In this document: positions 1 to 9,378 of the stretch, one piece after another
Numbering within the stretch: the first letter of the stretch is position 1
Layout of the letters: each line of letters starts with the position of its first letter
Source of the DNA: Candidatus Micrarchaeota archaeon
Lineage (GTDB): Archaea; B1Sed10-29; WALL01; WAMD01
Length of the DNA: 19,033 bases
Assembly: GCA_964652335.1 (NCBI GenBank)
Contig: CAZZDL010000015.1
Span: 1 to 19,033, forward strand
Direction of reading: 5' to 3'
Translations under genes and position numbers: made by a program
Notes under the pieces: model-generated
Told to the model about the DNA's origin: nothing
Seen by the model: only the letters and a program-made list of their open reading frames with translations
Databases searched by the model: none

Positions 1-18
1 CTGTTTTGCATAGCAGGG

Positions 19-42
19 TTAGAAGGGGTGCAACCCCTCTAA
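19..42. repeat. Short inverted repeat/hairpin immediately 3' of tRNA-Glu
   Basis: TTAGA-A-GGGGT-GCA-ACCCC-TCTAA: 5+5 bp stem with a single bulge and a GCA triloop, abutting the tRNA 3' end. Confidence 0.55.
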
Positions 43-117
43 TGCTCCGGCCGGGATTTGAACCCGGGTCGCCGGCTCGAAAGGCCGGTATCCTTGGCCG
101 GACTAGACTACCGGAGC
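43..117 (-). tRNA. tRNA-Glu (anticodon TTC), intronless, CCA not encoded
   Basis: Reverse complement GCTCCGG-TA-GTCTAGTCCGGCCAAGGAT-A-CCGGC-CTTTCGA-GCCGG-CGAC-CCGGG-TTCAAAT-CCCGG-CCGGAGC-A folds as a cloverleaf with a T-loop and a TTC anticodon. Confidence 0.96.
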
Positions 118-146
118 AAATCAACAGCGCTTAATTATGAGGAGCA

Positions 147-158
147 GTATTTAAAAAT
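147..158 (-). promoter_or_regulatory. Putative TATA box for tRNA-Glu
   Basis: Minus strand TTTTTAAATA about 30-40 nt upstream of the mature tRNA 5' end. Confidence 0.5.
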
Positions 159-189
159 ATTTTCTCAGGGCTTCTACATTAAAACTAGT

Positions 190-762
190 TCATTTAGGCT
201 TTGGAGACCTTACTGACCTTGCCCATGGAAGCTTTGGACTTGTTCTCTTTGGAAGCATTTTTTCTACAACTCTTGCTCCGATCCTTCTCTTTGGTTTTAG
301 CTCATTGAGTATTTTTTCTCCTAGTTCTTTAGTAACAACATTCCTTCTTAAAGCAGTTCTGAGTAATTTCTTCATTGGTTCCTCAATACCAGACAATTCT
401 AATTTTTTGATTATATTCTCTAGTTCTTCGGGTTTCTTATCTACGAATATGAGAAATCTTCCTGGTAATTTTTCAGTTGCAAATCTTAATCCCAGTTCCC
501 TTTCTATCAGGCCCGTGTGCTTCATGCTTAGTAACTTTTCTCCTAACCTGCCAACCTCTTCTTCTTTGAGCATTATAGCAGTTATTTTTCCACCACTAAG
601 CATTTCTCTAATCTTTTTTGCATTAACCACTAATATTGGGCTCCTCAAAAGACTCCTTGCTACTTTTTCATGTATACTTTCTTTTTCCCCATAACCTATC
701 CTTTCTCCAAACCCAATTATGGAAGGCCTTTTTCCCCTTCTTAGAAAGTCAAATATCCCCAT
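190..762 (-). CDS. Hypothetical protein with Lys/Arg-rich termini
   Basis: Long ORF with K/E-rich composition. The start is more likely ATG at 762 (MGIFDFLRRGKRP), about 25 nt downstream of TTTATAAA, than 807. No family recognised. Confidence 0.7.
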   Translation of the reverse strand: MGIFDFLRRGKRPSIIGFGERIGYGEKESIHEKVARSLLRSPILVVNAKKIREMLSGGKITAIMLKEEEVGRLGEKLLSMKHTGLIERELGLRFATEKLPGRFLIFVDKKPEELENIIKKLELSGIEEPMKKLLRTALRRNVVTKELGEKILNELKPKRRIGARVVEKMLPKRTSPKLPWARSVRSPKPK

Positions 763-786
763 ACGAACAATTTCTATCAAAACTAA

Positions 787-794
787 TTTATAAA
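787..794. promoter_or_regulatory. Palindromic TATA box between divergent genes
   Basis: TTTATAAA lies about 25 nt from ATG 762 (-) and about 20 nt from ATG 815 (+). Confidence 0.5.
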
Positions 795-814
795 TACACA
801 GCATCAATTAACTG

Positions 815-1654
815 ATGAGAGGTTTACCACCCATGCAAGTCAAGCTTGGATTCAGCTTGCTCCTTCTAGCTCTAGCTGCAGTATTCGCCATGTTGGACTT
901 GTCTTCTCTCCAACTTAATTCAATAATTGTCGTTGGCATATTAGCCACCGGCTTCTCAGCTTTTATAAAGGTTTTCAAAAGCTACTTCCTTGTCAAAACC
1001 ACAGCAGTTTCTTCGTACCAGCTAGTGAACAGGATTCTACCAGACGTACAACTGGCACCAGGTCCTTTCACTGTCCAGCTGATGCAACCGATGAAGATAG
1101 GATTCTCAAAAATGATAGGCAAAGGTCTTCTACTATTTTCCAAGTTTTTAGAATTGCTCTCCATAGCACTGGCAGCAACAATCAGCCTTTTCTACTTACT
1201 AGCTTTCTCACTTGGCCACAAAGATCCTATAGTCTTTCTCGGTATATACTTGATCCTCCTGGCATTCCTAGTCCTAGTTCTAGAAAGGATATCCATTACC
1301 ATACCTGTGGATAAAACAATTGAGCTAGCTTTACTAGGACTAGACTTCTCCAGCTGGGTCATGGACGCAATAGGTATATGGATAATATTATTCTCATTAG
1401 GGTTTTACATTCCGTTTCAGTACGTATTTCTCCCAGTATCTATATTATTGCTATCCACAAAGTTCCCTAGCTACTACGGGCTAGGAATATCTGAGCTAGT
1501 TGGGATGTTCGTTATTCATACTCTTGGTGCACCTTTATTTCTAGCTTTTCTAGCAGTCTTAGTATGGGACCTTTCTAGTCTTTTCTTCTCGTACCTGTTT
1601 ACCCTTTCCTGGAGGAACCTAGAAATGAGAAGAGAGATGTACACGTATGTTTAG
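815..1654 (+). CDS. Multi-pass membrane protein, flippase-like / lysylphosphatidylglycerol synthase TM (UPF0104) family-like
   Basis: About 7-8 hydrophobic segments. The C-terminal PSYYGLGISE...LGAP...AFLAVLVW resembles the PGGLG.E...G.P motif of UPF0104. The start could be 815 or 833. Confidence 0.55.
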   Translation: MRGLPPMQVKLGFSLLLLALAAVFAMLDLSSLQLNSIIVVGILATGFSAFIKVFKSYFLVKTTAVSSYQLVNRILPDVQLAPGPFTVQLMQPMKIGFSKMIGKGLLLFSKFLELLSIALAATISLFYLLAFSLGHKDPIVFLGIYLILLAFLVLVLERISITIPVDKTIELALLGLDFSSWVMDAIGIWIILFSLGFYIPFQYVFLPVSILLLSTKFPSYYGLGISELVGMFVIHTLGAPLFLAFLAVLVWDLSSLFFSYLFTLSWRNLEMRREMYTYV

Positions 1655-1706
1655 GGGCAGTAAAAATCCGAAAATAAATTAAAAACCATTTGATTAAAAC
1701 TTACTC

Positions 1707-2204
1707 ATGAGATTCAACTTGACATTTGCCGTATTTTCATTTCTGATGTATCTAGCCCTGACTGCTGGGAGAGGCAGCATTGTCCTCTGGAGTCCGATAG
1801 AGATTGGGGTAGGAATTGTTATTGCTATTCTAATCGGCCTGATCTCTAGCTCGCTTCCTAGGCATCCCAGCATGAAGGCCTTGAACCCAATAAGGTGGTT
1901 AAAGTTTGGTGTTTACCTTATCTTGTTTTTCATTCAGATGGCAAAAAGCAATATTGACGTTGCAATCAGAGTCATAACAGGTCATGTGAATCCAGGCATA
2001 GTGAAAGTTCCCTCAAAACAAAAGACACAAACAGGTTTAGTGCTTTTAGCTAACTCAATAACACTGACACCTGGGACTCTTACAATAGATACAGACAAGG
2101 ATTACAATCTTTACATTCATTGGATAGACGTTAAGAAGAAGCATCCAGATGTGGAAGACGTGGCAGATGGTTTACCAAAATTAGTGAGGTGGATAATGGA
2201 ATGA
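1707..2204 (+). CDS. mbhA: Mbh hydrogenase subunit A (MrpE/MnhE-like)
   Basis: SNIDVA, NPGIV, LANSITLTPGTLTID and LYIHWID motifs; first gene of the operon. Confidence 0.92.
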   Translation: MRFNLTFAVFSFLMYLALTAGRGSIVLWSPIEIGVGIVIAILIGLISSSLPRHPSMKALNPIRWLKFGVYLILFFIQMAKSNIDVAIRVITGHVNPGIVKVPSKQKTQTGLVLLANSITLTPGTLTIDTDKDYNLYIHWIDVKKKHPDVEDVADGLPKLVRWIME

Positions 2205-2452
2205 TGGACATATTCTTGCTCACAGGGATTGCTTTGGTAAGCATAGGGATATTTCCACTTATTAGACTAGTGCTTGGACCAACTATTCCAGATAGAGTTG
2301 TTGCCTTTGATACATTGAATACCCTGGTTGTGGCATCACTAGTTTCATTTGGTTTAGCTTTTAAGACAGCAACATACATAGATGTGGCAATAGTTTATGC
2401 TATACTGTCATTCGTGGCTACGATATACATTGCCAGGTATCTGGAGGGCTAA
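2201..2452 (+). CDS. mbhB: Mbh subunit B (MrpF/MnhF-like)
   Basis: RLVLGPTIPDRVVAFD...YIDVAIVYAILSF motif; ATGA overlap with the mbhA stop at 2201-2204. Confidence 0.92.
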   Translation: MMDIFLLTGIALVSIGIFPLIRLVLGPTIPDRVVAFDTLNTLVVASLVSFGLAFKTATYIDVAIVYAILSFVATIYIARYLEG

Positions 2453-2455
2453 AAA

Positions 2456-2791
2456 ATGATGGAAATAGTTTATGCGTTCATTGGCATAGGACTCTTGTTT
2501 AATCTGCTTGGTTCTCTAGGATTATTAAGGTTCCCAGATGTATACACAAGGTTACACGCAGAGACAAAATGTACAACCTTTGGTTCAATATTCATAATTC
2601 TAGCAGTCATTGCATATGCATTTCTAAATAAGAGCGTAGGGGTGGAGGTAATAGCTATACATTCTGTTTTGGCGTTAATAGCTTTATTAGTGACTAATCC
2701 AACTGGTGCTCATGCAGTGGCAAGAGCTGCGTACAAATCAGGAGTAAAACCAATTGCTGTTGTGGATGATTACAAGAGGGTGAGAGAATGA
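2456..2791 (+). CDS. mbhC: Mbh subunit C (MrpG/MnhG-like)
   Basis: GLLRFPDVYTRLHA.TK.TT.G and TNPTGAHAVARAA motifs. Confidence 0.93.
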   Translation: MMEIVYAFIGIGLLFNLLGSLGLLRFPDVYTRLHAETKCTTFGSIFIILAVIAYAFLNKSVGVEVIAIHSVLALIALLVTNPTGAHAVARAAYKSGVKPIAVVDDYKRVRE

Positions 2792-3024
2792 TCGTGCATG
2801 TTGCTGTTTTGTCAATGATCGTTATCACAGCCATCTTGGCAGTTGAACTGAAGGATTTAATGTCTGCAGTTATATCTCTAGGAGTTATGAGTCTAATGCT
2901 TTCTCTTGAATTCTATCTCCTTCATGCCCCTGACGTTGCGATAGCAGAGGCAGGAGTTGGGGCAGCGCTTACTACAGCTATCTATGTATTGGCTGTTAGG
3001 AAGACCAGGAGGGTTTCAAAATGA
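2788..3024 (+). CDS. mbhD: Mbh subunit D (DUF4040, MrpA/B-related)
   Basis: APDVAIAEAGVGA motif; operon position. Confidence 0.9.
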   Translation: MIVHVAVLSMIVITAILAVELKDLMSAVISLGVMSLMLSLEFYLLHAPDVAIAEAGVGAALTTAIYVLAVRKTRRVSK

Positions 3025-3278
3025 GATGGGAATTGATTGGTCTAATTGTTGTTATTTCGTTCATGCTAATGGCTATTGATTACCTACATCCATTTGGTGC
3101 GCCCATTAATGCAGAAATGGATGATTATTTTATAGCCAACGCCCAGCTGGAATCCGCAGCTAATAATGTTGTTACTTCAATTGTCTTTGACTACAGAGGG
3201 ATAGACACTTTGGGAGAAGCCACAGTGTTGTTTACTGCTGTAACTGGTGTTTACTTGCTTTTGGGGGTGACCAGATGA
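3021..3278 (+). CDS. mbhE: Mbh subunit E
   Basis: NVVTSIVFDYRGIDTLGEATVLFTA motif. Confidence 0.92.
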   Translation: MRWELIGLIVVISFMLMAIDYLHPFGAPINAEMDDYFIANAQLESAANNVVTSIVFDYRGIDTLGEATVLFTAVTGVYLLLGVTR

Positions 3279-3724
3279 AGAGCAAAATAGTGCAGACAGT
3301 GGCGAACATAGTAATTCCATTCATCGTTGTATTTGGTGTATACCTAGTTATACATGGGCATCTGACACCAGGGGGAGGGTTCCAAGGAGGAGCTGTTATC
3401 GCATCTGGATTTGCATTGCTTTTGATTTCATTTGGGATTCCAGCAACTAAAAGAAAGCTGGTTGAAACCAAGCTTAGTGCGTTGGAAGCGTTTGGATTAA
3501 TACTGTTCATCACATTTGCATTTTTAGGTCTGGGCAATAGTTTCTTTTACAATTTCTTAGCAAATTCCGGTCTGATATTTGGCGATCCTGTCCCTCATGG
3601 GATAAATTTAGGAAACCTGAACACGGCCGGAACACTTCCATTAATGAGCATTGCAGTTGGTTTGGAAGTTCTAGCTGGTTTGAGTATTATACTATTGGTC
3701 TTTTCAAGGGGTGAGAGAGAGTGA
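3275..3724 (+). CDS. mbhF: Mbh subunit F (MrpB/MnhB-like)
   Basis: HGHLTPGGGFQGG motif. Confidence 0.93.
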   Translation: MKSKIVQTVANIVIPFIVVFGVYLVIHGHLTPGGGFQGGAVIASGFALLLISFGIPATKRKLVETKLSALEAFGLILFITFAFLGLGNSFFYNFLANSGLIFGDPVPHGINLGNLNTAGTLPLMSIAVGLEVLAGLSIILLVFSRGERE

Positions 3725-4056
3725 ACTTTGTTTACCTTTCAATTGTAGTTCTAATTGCACTCGGTTTATATGCAGTCTTGACAAAAAAGAATTTGATAAA
3801 GATAGTGATAGGTATTAGCATAATAGAATCTGCTGTTAATCTTTTCTTAGTTGTCCTTGGATATGTGGAGGGTGGAGTTGCGCCCATTTATACGTTGGCT
3901 CCAAGCGAAAAGATGGTTCTTCCAACACCACAGGCATTGACTCTTACCAGCATTGTTATAGGTGTTGCAGTCACTGCATTGATGCTAGCTCTAGCTGTTA
4001 ATTACTTTAACAAATACGGGAGCTTAGACGTTAGAAGTAGGAGGTTGATGAAATGA
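3721..4056 (+). CDS. mbhG: Mbh subunit G (MrpC/MnhC-like)
   Basis: KKNLIKIVIG and PQALTLTSIVIG motifs; GTG start overlapping the mbhF stop. Confidence 0.93.
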   Translation: MNFVYLSIVVLIALGLYAVLTKKNLIKIVIGISIIESAVNLFLVVLGYVEGGVAPIYTLAPSEKMVLPTPQALTLTSIVIGVAVTALMLALAVNYFNKYGSLDVRSRRLMK

Positions 4057-5612
4057 TGTTCCCCCATACTTCAGTACTGATAATTGCTATTCCCTTGCTG
4101 ACGGCTTTCATTACTCCGGTTGTTGGAAAGGTAATTAGGCCATTAAGAAATGTCATAATATTCTTGTCTCTTCTGTTAACATTTGGCTTGGTCATATCAC
4201 TGGCCTGGGACGTATACTCTTTTGGGCATGTGGTCTATACATTTGGAGCGGAGAATCCTGGGATAACTCTACCATCAGGATACTCTCTTCCAATTAGAGT
4301 TATATTCAATATAGATGGAATGAGTGTGTTCATGGCTCTTATGATTGCAATAGTATCGCTTGTAGCTTTCGTATACAGCATTGATTTTTTGAAAAAAGAG
4401 AGACAAGATAAGATGGACAAATATTATACATTACTACTCCTGATGTGTGTTGGCATGTATGGCATGGTATTTACTGGCGATTTATTTAATCTATTTGTAT
4501 TTTTTGAAATCTTATCAATAGCTTCTTCTGCCTTGGTTGCATTTAGAACTAGTGGAGAGGCGTCTGAAGCAGGATTTAAGTATATAGTCATCAGCAGCAT
4601 CGCAGCCTTGTTTATCTTGTTTGCTATTGGGATATTCTATAGTCAGTACAATGCTTTGAATATTGCAGCGATAGCGGCTAACTTGAATTTTGGCGTACTT
4701 GATAAACTAGCTCTTTCTTTGTTGCTAGTTGGTCTGGCAATGAAAGCTGGAACAATACCTATGCACATGTGGGTTCCAGATGCGTATGGCGAATCGCCAG
4801 CTCCAATTACTCTTATGCTATTGATAGCTACGCAGGCAAGTTTGTATGCATTGTTTAGGATTTCCTTTTCTCTTTTTGGACTCCACGCAAACTTAGCATT
4901 ACTTGGCTGGATATTGATTATCTTTGGGTTGTTGTCAATGTTTGTGGGAGTCACTCTCGCTATTCCACAGAAGGACATAAAGAGATTGATGGCTTACCAC
5001 TCTATATCGCAAACAGGTTATATGCTTCTAGGAGTGGGTGTAGGTTTGGCAGTTCTCAATGACCCGACAGCTTTTAGCAATTATGGATTCAAGGCAATGG
5101 AGGGTGGAATATTTCATATGATAAATTATATTTTATACAAAGGACTTCTCTTCCTAACGGCTGGGGCTATATTTTACAGGCTAAAAACTAAAAACCTTGA
5201 TGAGATGGGAGGACTTGCTCATAGGATGCCATTCACTACGTTGTTTTTCATAATAGGTGCATTGGCAATAGCAGGAATACCACCATTCAATGGATTTGCA
5301 TCTAAGCTGTTGATATATGAAAGTGTTTATGCATTTAATCCATTTCTTTCAGTTATTGCGATGTTGGTCTCTGTCTTGACTCTAGCAAGCTTTGTTAAGG
5401 TTTTCCAGAGTGCATTTATGGGTCCAGACATAAATAAATCTGTTAAAGAGGTTCCAATCTGGATGTTAGTAGGTATGGGTATACTTACTCTGTTGATAGT
5501 CCTGTTTAGCCTGTTCCCTGGACTGGTGGTTGATACTATAATCAAACCAGCAGTTATTGCATTGGCAGAAAGGCAAGCATATATCTCAGCAGTTTTGGGA
5601 GGGGTGTTGTAA
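4053..5612 (+). CDS. mbhH: Mbh subunit H (MrpD/antiporter-like proton-pumping subunit)
   Basis: TGDLFNLFVFFEI, KAG.IPMH.W.PDAY, DIKRLMAYHSISQ.GY and GIPPFNGFASK motifs. Confidence 0.94.
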   Translation: MMFPHTSVLIIAIPLLTAFITPVVGKVIRPLRNVIIFLSLLLTFGLVISLAWDVYSFGHVVYTFGAENPGITLPSGYSLPIRVIFNIDGMSVFMALMIAIVSLVAFVYSIDFLKKERQDKMDKYYTLLLLMCVGMYGMVFTGDLFNLFVFFEILSIASSALVAFRTSGEASEAGFKYIVISSIAALFILFAIGIFYSQYNALNIAAIAANLNFGVLDKLALSLLLVGLAMKAGTIPMHMWVPDAYGESPAPITLMLLIATQASLYALFRISFSLFGLHANLALLGWILIIFGLLSMFVGVTLAIPQKDIKRLMAYHSISQTGYMLLGVGVGLAVLNDPTAFSNYGFKAMEGGIFHMINYILYKGLLFLTAGAIFYRLKTKNLDEMGGLAHRMPFTTLFFIIGALAIAGIPPFNGFASKLLIYESVYAFNPFLSVIAMLVSVLTLASFVKVFQSAFMGPDINKSVKEVPIWMLVGMGILTLLIVLFSLFPGLVVDTIIKPAVIALAERQAYISAVLGGVL

Positions 5613-5945
5613 ATGGTCTTTGGCATAGAAACAGGAGTGGGCACATGGAACGCAATTATCTTCGCAGTAGCGTTTTTCATAGTTTCAATTGTTGTTTACA
5701 TTCTATCTAGATTATTGTTCTCAGGCGCCCATAAGGAAGGGGAGCAGGCAAAGCCATTCCTTTCGGGTAACGAGGAAGTTACCAAACAGCATGTGGCGGC
5801 GTCAAATCTGTACTGGGGCTTCACCAGAGCATTGAAATCATATTACGATGTAGTCATCCCAGCTCATACAGGAATAATAAACGATTACATTGGTTGGTTT
5901 GTGATAGTCCTCGCGATCGTACTAATATTAGTAGAGGTGTTTTGA
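5613..5945 (+). CDS. mbhI: Mbh subunit I (membrane anchor)
   Basis: KPFLSGNE, NLYWGF and HTGIINDYIGW motifs; position between mbhH and mbhJ. Confidence 0.85.
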   Translation: MVFGIETGVGTWNAIIFAVAFFIVSIVVYILSRLLFSGAHKEGEQAKPFLSGNEEVTKQHVAASNLYWGFTRALKSYYDVVIPAHTGIINDYIGWFVIVLAIVLILVEVF

Positions 5946-6364
5946 TGGTACCCGTAGCGTTTAAGAAATCATTGTGGGTATTTCACGTTAATACGGGAGG
6001 ATGTAATGGGTGTGATATAGAGATACTAGCAGCTCTTACTCCAAGGTATGATGTAGAACGATTTGGTATAAAACTGGTTGGTTCCCCTAGACATGCAGAT
6101 GTTCTGCTAGTTACTGGCCCAGTAACTAGAAAGATGAAGGATAAATTGAAGAGGATATATGAACAAGTTCCTGACCCCAAGGTTGTTATTGTGGTTGGAA
6201 ATTGTGGAGCTACTGGTGGAGTATTCCATGAGTCCTACAATATTGTTGGTCCTATTGATGAAATAATCCCTGTGGATGTTTATGTTCCAGGATGTCCACC
6301 TAGACCAGAGGCCATAATTCAAGGTGTAATCAAGGCATGGGAGAAATTGGAGGGTTCTAAATGA
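5945..6364 (+). CDS. mbhJ: Mbh [NiFe]-hydrogenase small subunit (NuoB-like, 4Fe-4S)
   Basis: GCNGCDIE, SPRHAD, GNC and VPGCPPRPE motifs; TGATG coupling gives an ATG start at 5945 rather than 5894. Confidence 0.94.
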   Translation: MVPVAFKKSLWVFHVNTGGCNGCDIEILAALTPRYDVERFGIKLVGSPRHADVLLVTGPVTRKMKDKLKRIYEQVPDPKVVIVVGNCGATGGVFHESYNIVGPIDEIIPVDVYVPGCPPRPEAIIQGVIKAWEKLEGSK

Positions 6365-6855
6365 TAAATGAAATAGTAAAATTCCTTGATAAGGAAGGGT
6401 TTGAGTATGGAATTAAGAAGAGGCCATCCGGAAAAAAGAAGAGGGAACATACTCAGATATGGGTAAACCTAGACAGAAGTAAGTTGAAGGATTTTGTCAA
6501 GTCTTTGTTTAAGTTTGGCTTCCCTCATTTGTCAGTTATCTCTGGTGCAGATAGGGGAGATCATGTGGAGCTAATCTATCATTTTGCATTAAACTATGAT
6601 AAGAAATTTGGAGAGATAGTTTTGAACGTTAGGGTTTCATTACCTAAGGCCGACCTGGAGATAGATTCTATTACAGACGTTATTCCAGGATCCATTGTCA
6701 CAGAAAGGGAGAAGATGGAGTTTCTTGGTGTTAAATTCAAGGGAATAACTGACGAAAGTCATGCTTTCTTAGTTGGTGAAGAGAAGCCGTGGATAAAGGA
6801 TGATGAGAGGACAAAGAAATTAGTTAGAGACACGTATAAGGAGGGGAAGAAATGA
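6361..6855 (+). CDS. mbhK: Mbh subunit K (NuoC-like)
   Basis: HLSVISGAD..ELIYHF and SITDVIPG...ERE..E.LGV.F.G motifs. Confidence 0.9.
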   Translation: MINEIVKFLDKEGFEYGIKKRPSGKKKREHTQIWVNLDRSKLKDFVKSLFKFGFPHLSVISGADRGDHVELIYHFALNYDKKFGEIVLNVRVSLPKADLEIDSITDVIPGSIVTEREKMEFLGVKFKGITDESHAFLVGEEKPWIKDDERTKKLVRDTYKEGKK

Positions 6856-8054
6856 AAAAGACAGTTAGCGTTCCTATTGGCCCTGTGCATCCAGCCTTGA
6901 AGGAGCCAATAAGGGCTAATTTGGAGCTGGATGGGGAGAGAGTTGTATCTGCCAGCGTTGAAGTTGGTTATGTTCACAGAGGTATTGAGTGGATTGGTTT
7001 GAGAAGGAATCCTATACAAAGCATATACATCGCTGAAAGGGTTTGTGGCATCTGTTCTATTAGTCACCCGTTTGCGTATACACAGGCGATAGAGGAGGCT
7101 GGAGACATTGAAGTGCCAGAAAGGGCAGACTACATAAGAACAATTATTGCAGAGTTGGAAAGGATTCATTCCCATGCCCTTTGGGCTGGAGTCGCGGCTC
7201 ATGAGATCGGCTTTGACACACTTATGCATTACACATGGAAAGTTAGAGAGAAGGTATTGGATGTCCTAGAGTATCTTACAGGTAATAGGGTAAACTATGC
7301 AATGTTCCAAATTGGCGGAGTTAGAAGAGACATAACAAAGGAGCAGTATCCCAAGATAATTGAAGCTGTTGAATACTACAGAGGCCTGCTATCCAAGATT
7401 TCAGATTTATTCCTAAATGATGTCACCATTAGGAAGAGAACCAGAAACATTGGAGTTCTTTCAAAGCAGAAGGCTCTTGAACTTTGTGCAGTTGGACCGA
7501 CAGCTAGAGCCTCTGGCGTGAAGAAAGACATACGATATTCTTACGCGTATGGAGCTTATGGAGATATTGGGATTGAACCAGTGATCCCAGACGATCCAGT
7601 TGGTGATGTTTACGATAGAATCCTTGTTAGAGTATTGGAGATAGGGCAGTCCTGTGACATAATTGAACATTGCCTAGATGCTATGCCATCTGGAGAGATA
7701 ATTGCAGAGCCTAATGTGAGCAAGCTCTTGTTTAGTCTGAGAGCAATAAATGGAGAGGGCTTTGGGAAGCATGAGGCGCCAAGAGGAGAGGTTGTCCATT
7801 ATATAAGATTTGAAGGTAAGGAAAGCCCAACCGCTTGGAAGATAAGAGCACCGACTTACAATAATATTCAGACATGGCCGGAGATGCTAATGGATGAAGA
7901 ACTGGCAGACGTTCCGATTATATTAGCATCCATAGATCCGTGTATAAGTTGTACAGACAGAATAACTGTAAAAAGAGGGAGCAATGTGGAGGAACTTACT
8001 TCAGATTACTTGCATAAACTAAGCGTTGAGAAAACAAGGAGGTTGAAGGCATGA
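6852..8054 (+). CDS. mbhL: Mbh [NiFe]-hydrogenase large (catalytic) subunit, group 4
   Basis: L1 motif ERVCGICSISH and L2 motif DPCISCTDR retain all four Ni-binding Cys; 30-aa C-terminal extension after the Arg. Confidence 0.96.
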   Translation: MKKTVSVPIGPVHPALKEPIRANLELDGERVVSASVEVGYVHRGIEWIGLRRNPIQSIYIAERVCGICSISHPFAYTQAIEEAGDIEVPERADYIRTIIAELERIHSHALWAGVAAHEIGFDTLMHYTWKVREKVLDVLEYLTGNRVNYAMFQIGGVRRDITKEQYPKIIEAVEYYRGLLSKISDLFLNDVTIRKRTRNIGVLSKQKALELCAVGPTARASGVKKDIRYSYAYGAYGDIGIEPVIPDDPVGDVYDRILVRVLEIGQSCDIIEHCLDAMPSGEIIAEPNVSKLLFSLRAINGEGFGKHEAPRGEVVHYIRFEGKESPTAWKIRAPTYNNIQTWPEMLMDEELADVPIILASIDPCISCTDRITVKRGSNVEELTSDYLHKLSVEKTRRLKA

Positions 8055-8989
8055 TTAATGTAATTGGGGCCTTTTTGATAATCGTGCTTGGAATCTTTAT
8101 TGGATTGCTTTACAAAGGAATAGACAGAAGATTAGCCGCTAGGCTTCAGGCTAGAATAGGTCCCCCAATTATTCAGCCTTTCTATGACATTAGAAAGTTA
8201 ATGATGAAGGAAACCGTTAAACCTGAGAACGCAGTTAGTTGGATGTATGAGCTGGCCCCGGTTCTGTCATTGGCGGCGTCTTTACTGATTTTGCTTTACA
8301 TTCCATTTCCAGGCATTGGTTCAGTTTTAGGGAGTAGTGGAGACTTGATAGTTGTGTTGTATCTTCTCATGCTTCCAAGTCTGTTTATGGTCTTTGGTGG
8401 GTTTGCCTCTGGAAATCCATATGCAGCAGTAGGAGCTCAAAGGGAAATGGTAATGATGATGAGTTATGAGCTACCGCTTGCCACGGTGGCCATTGCAATT
8501 GCATGGAAGATTGGGAGCTTTATCCTGCCCAATATCGTTTCAGCTCCTGTTTGGTTGGTAGTTGGCCCGCTGGGAATAGTTGGATTCTTGCTTTTGTTGT
8601 TCGTTATCTTGTCAGTTGTTCCCGCTGAGCTGTCCAAGATTCCGTTTGATGCACCTGAGGCCGAAACAGAGATAGCTGGAGGATTGCTTGTGGACTATTC
8701 TGGTAGGAATTTAGCATTGTTCTATCTGAGTGATGCAGTTAAGAGCTTTGCAATTTCTGCATTAGTAGTCGTATTATTTTTCCCATTTGACCTTGGGCTA
8801 ACTGGTATTGCTTCTCTAATCTGGTTCTTGCTAAAGGTTTTAATTGTCATGGTGATTTCCATAACGTTTGTCAGGGTTCTTGCAGCTAGATTGCAGATAG
8901 ATAATGTTGCGAGGTACTACTGGAAGACGCTAAGCGTGATAGCAATCCTAGGTTTGGTATTGATTATGTTGGATGGGGTGATTGCCTGA
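8051..8989 (+). CDS. mbhM: Mbh subunit M (NuoH/HycD-like membrane subunit)
   Basis: RLQARIGPP..QPFYD..KL and PFDAPEAETEIAGG...YSG motifs. Confidence 0.94.
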   Translation: MINVIGAFLIIVLGIFIGLLYKGIDRRLAARLQARIGPPIIQPFYDIRKLMMKETVKPENAVSWMYELAPVLSLAASLLILLYIPFPGIGSVLGSSGDLIVVLYLLMLPSLFMVFGGFASGNPYAAVGAQREMVMMMSYELPLATVAIAIAWKIGSFILPNIVSAPVWLVVGPLGIVGFLLLLFVILSVVPAELSKIPFDAPEAETEIAGGLLVDYSGRNLALFYLSDAVKSFAISALVVVLFFPFDLGLTGIASLIWFLLKVLIVMVISITFVRVLAARLQIDNVARYYWKTLSVIAILGLVLIMLDGVIA

Positions 8990-9378
8990 TGATTTCTGCA
9001 TTTTTTGAACTAGTCAAACAGTTGATAGAAGGACCTGCTACAAATCCATTTCCAGCCAAGTTCGCCCCTAGTTCTGTCAAGAAATTCTTGGAAAAGGGAA
9101 AAATCAATCCACCAGTTCCCGTTCCTCCAAAGTTTAGAGGGAAACTTGAGTATAACAGGGACACATGTGTAGGGTGTGGTTTGTGCGCCAAAGTATGTCC
9201 GGCAAATGCAATAGAGATGGTAGGCGAGCCACCAAACAGGAAGATAAGAGTATTCATATCAAGATGTACCTTTTGCTCTCAATGTGTAGATATATGCCCA
9301 ACTAAATCACTTAGCATGAGTGGAGAATTCCTATTGGCAGATACAGACAAGAATTCAAAGAATCTCATAGTTGACTGA
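8989..9378 (+). CDS. mbhN: Mbh subunit N (2x[4Fe-4S] ferredoxin-like, NuoI-like)
   Basis: CVGCGLCAKVCP and CTFCSQCVDICP motifs. Confidence 0.94.
   Translation: MISAFFELVKQLIEGPATNPFPAKFAPSSVKKFLEKGKINPPVPVPPKFRGKLEYNRDTCVGCGLCAKVCPANAIEMVGEPPNRKIRVFISRCTFCSQCVDICPTKSLSMSGEFLLADTDKNSKNLIVD

Noticed and set aside
305..694. 129-aa + strand ORF
   Set aside because: Antisense shadow of the 190-762 gene, with the Ser/Phe/Leu-rich composition typical of reverse-complemented coding DNA.
6852..8054. Possible Mbx/Mbs (sulfane reductase) or complex I-like enzyme instead of a hydrogenase
   Set aside because: Both CxxC Ni-binding motifs are intact, a cleavable C-terminal extension is present, and hyc/hyp genes are adjacent.
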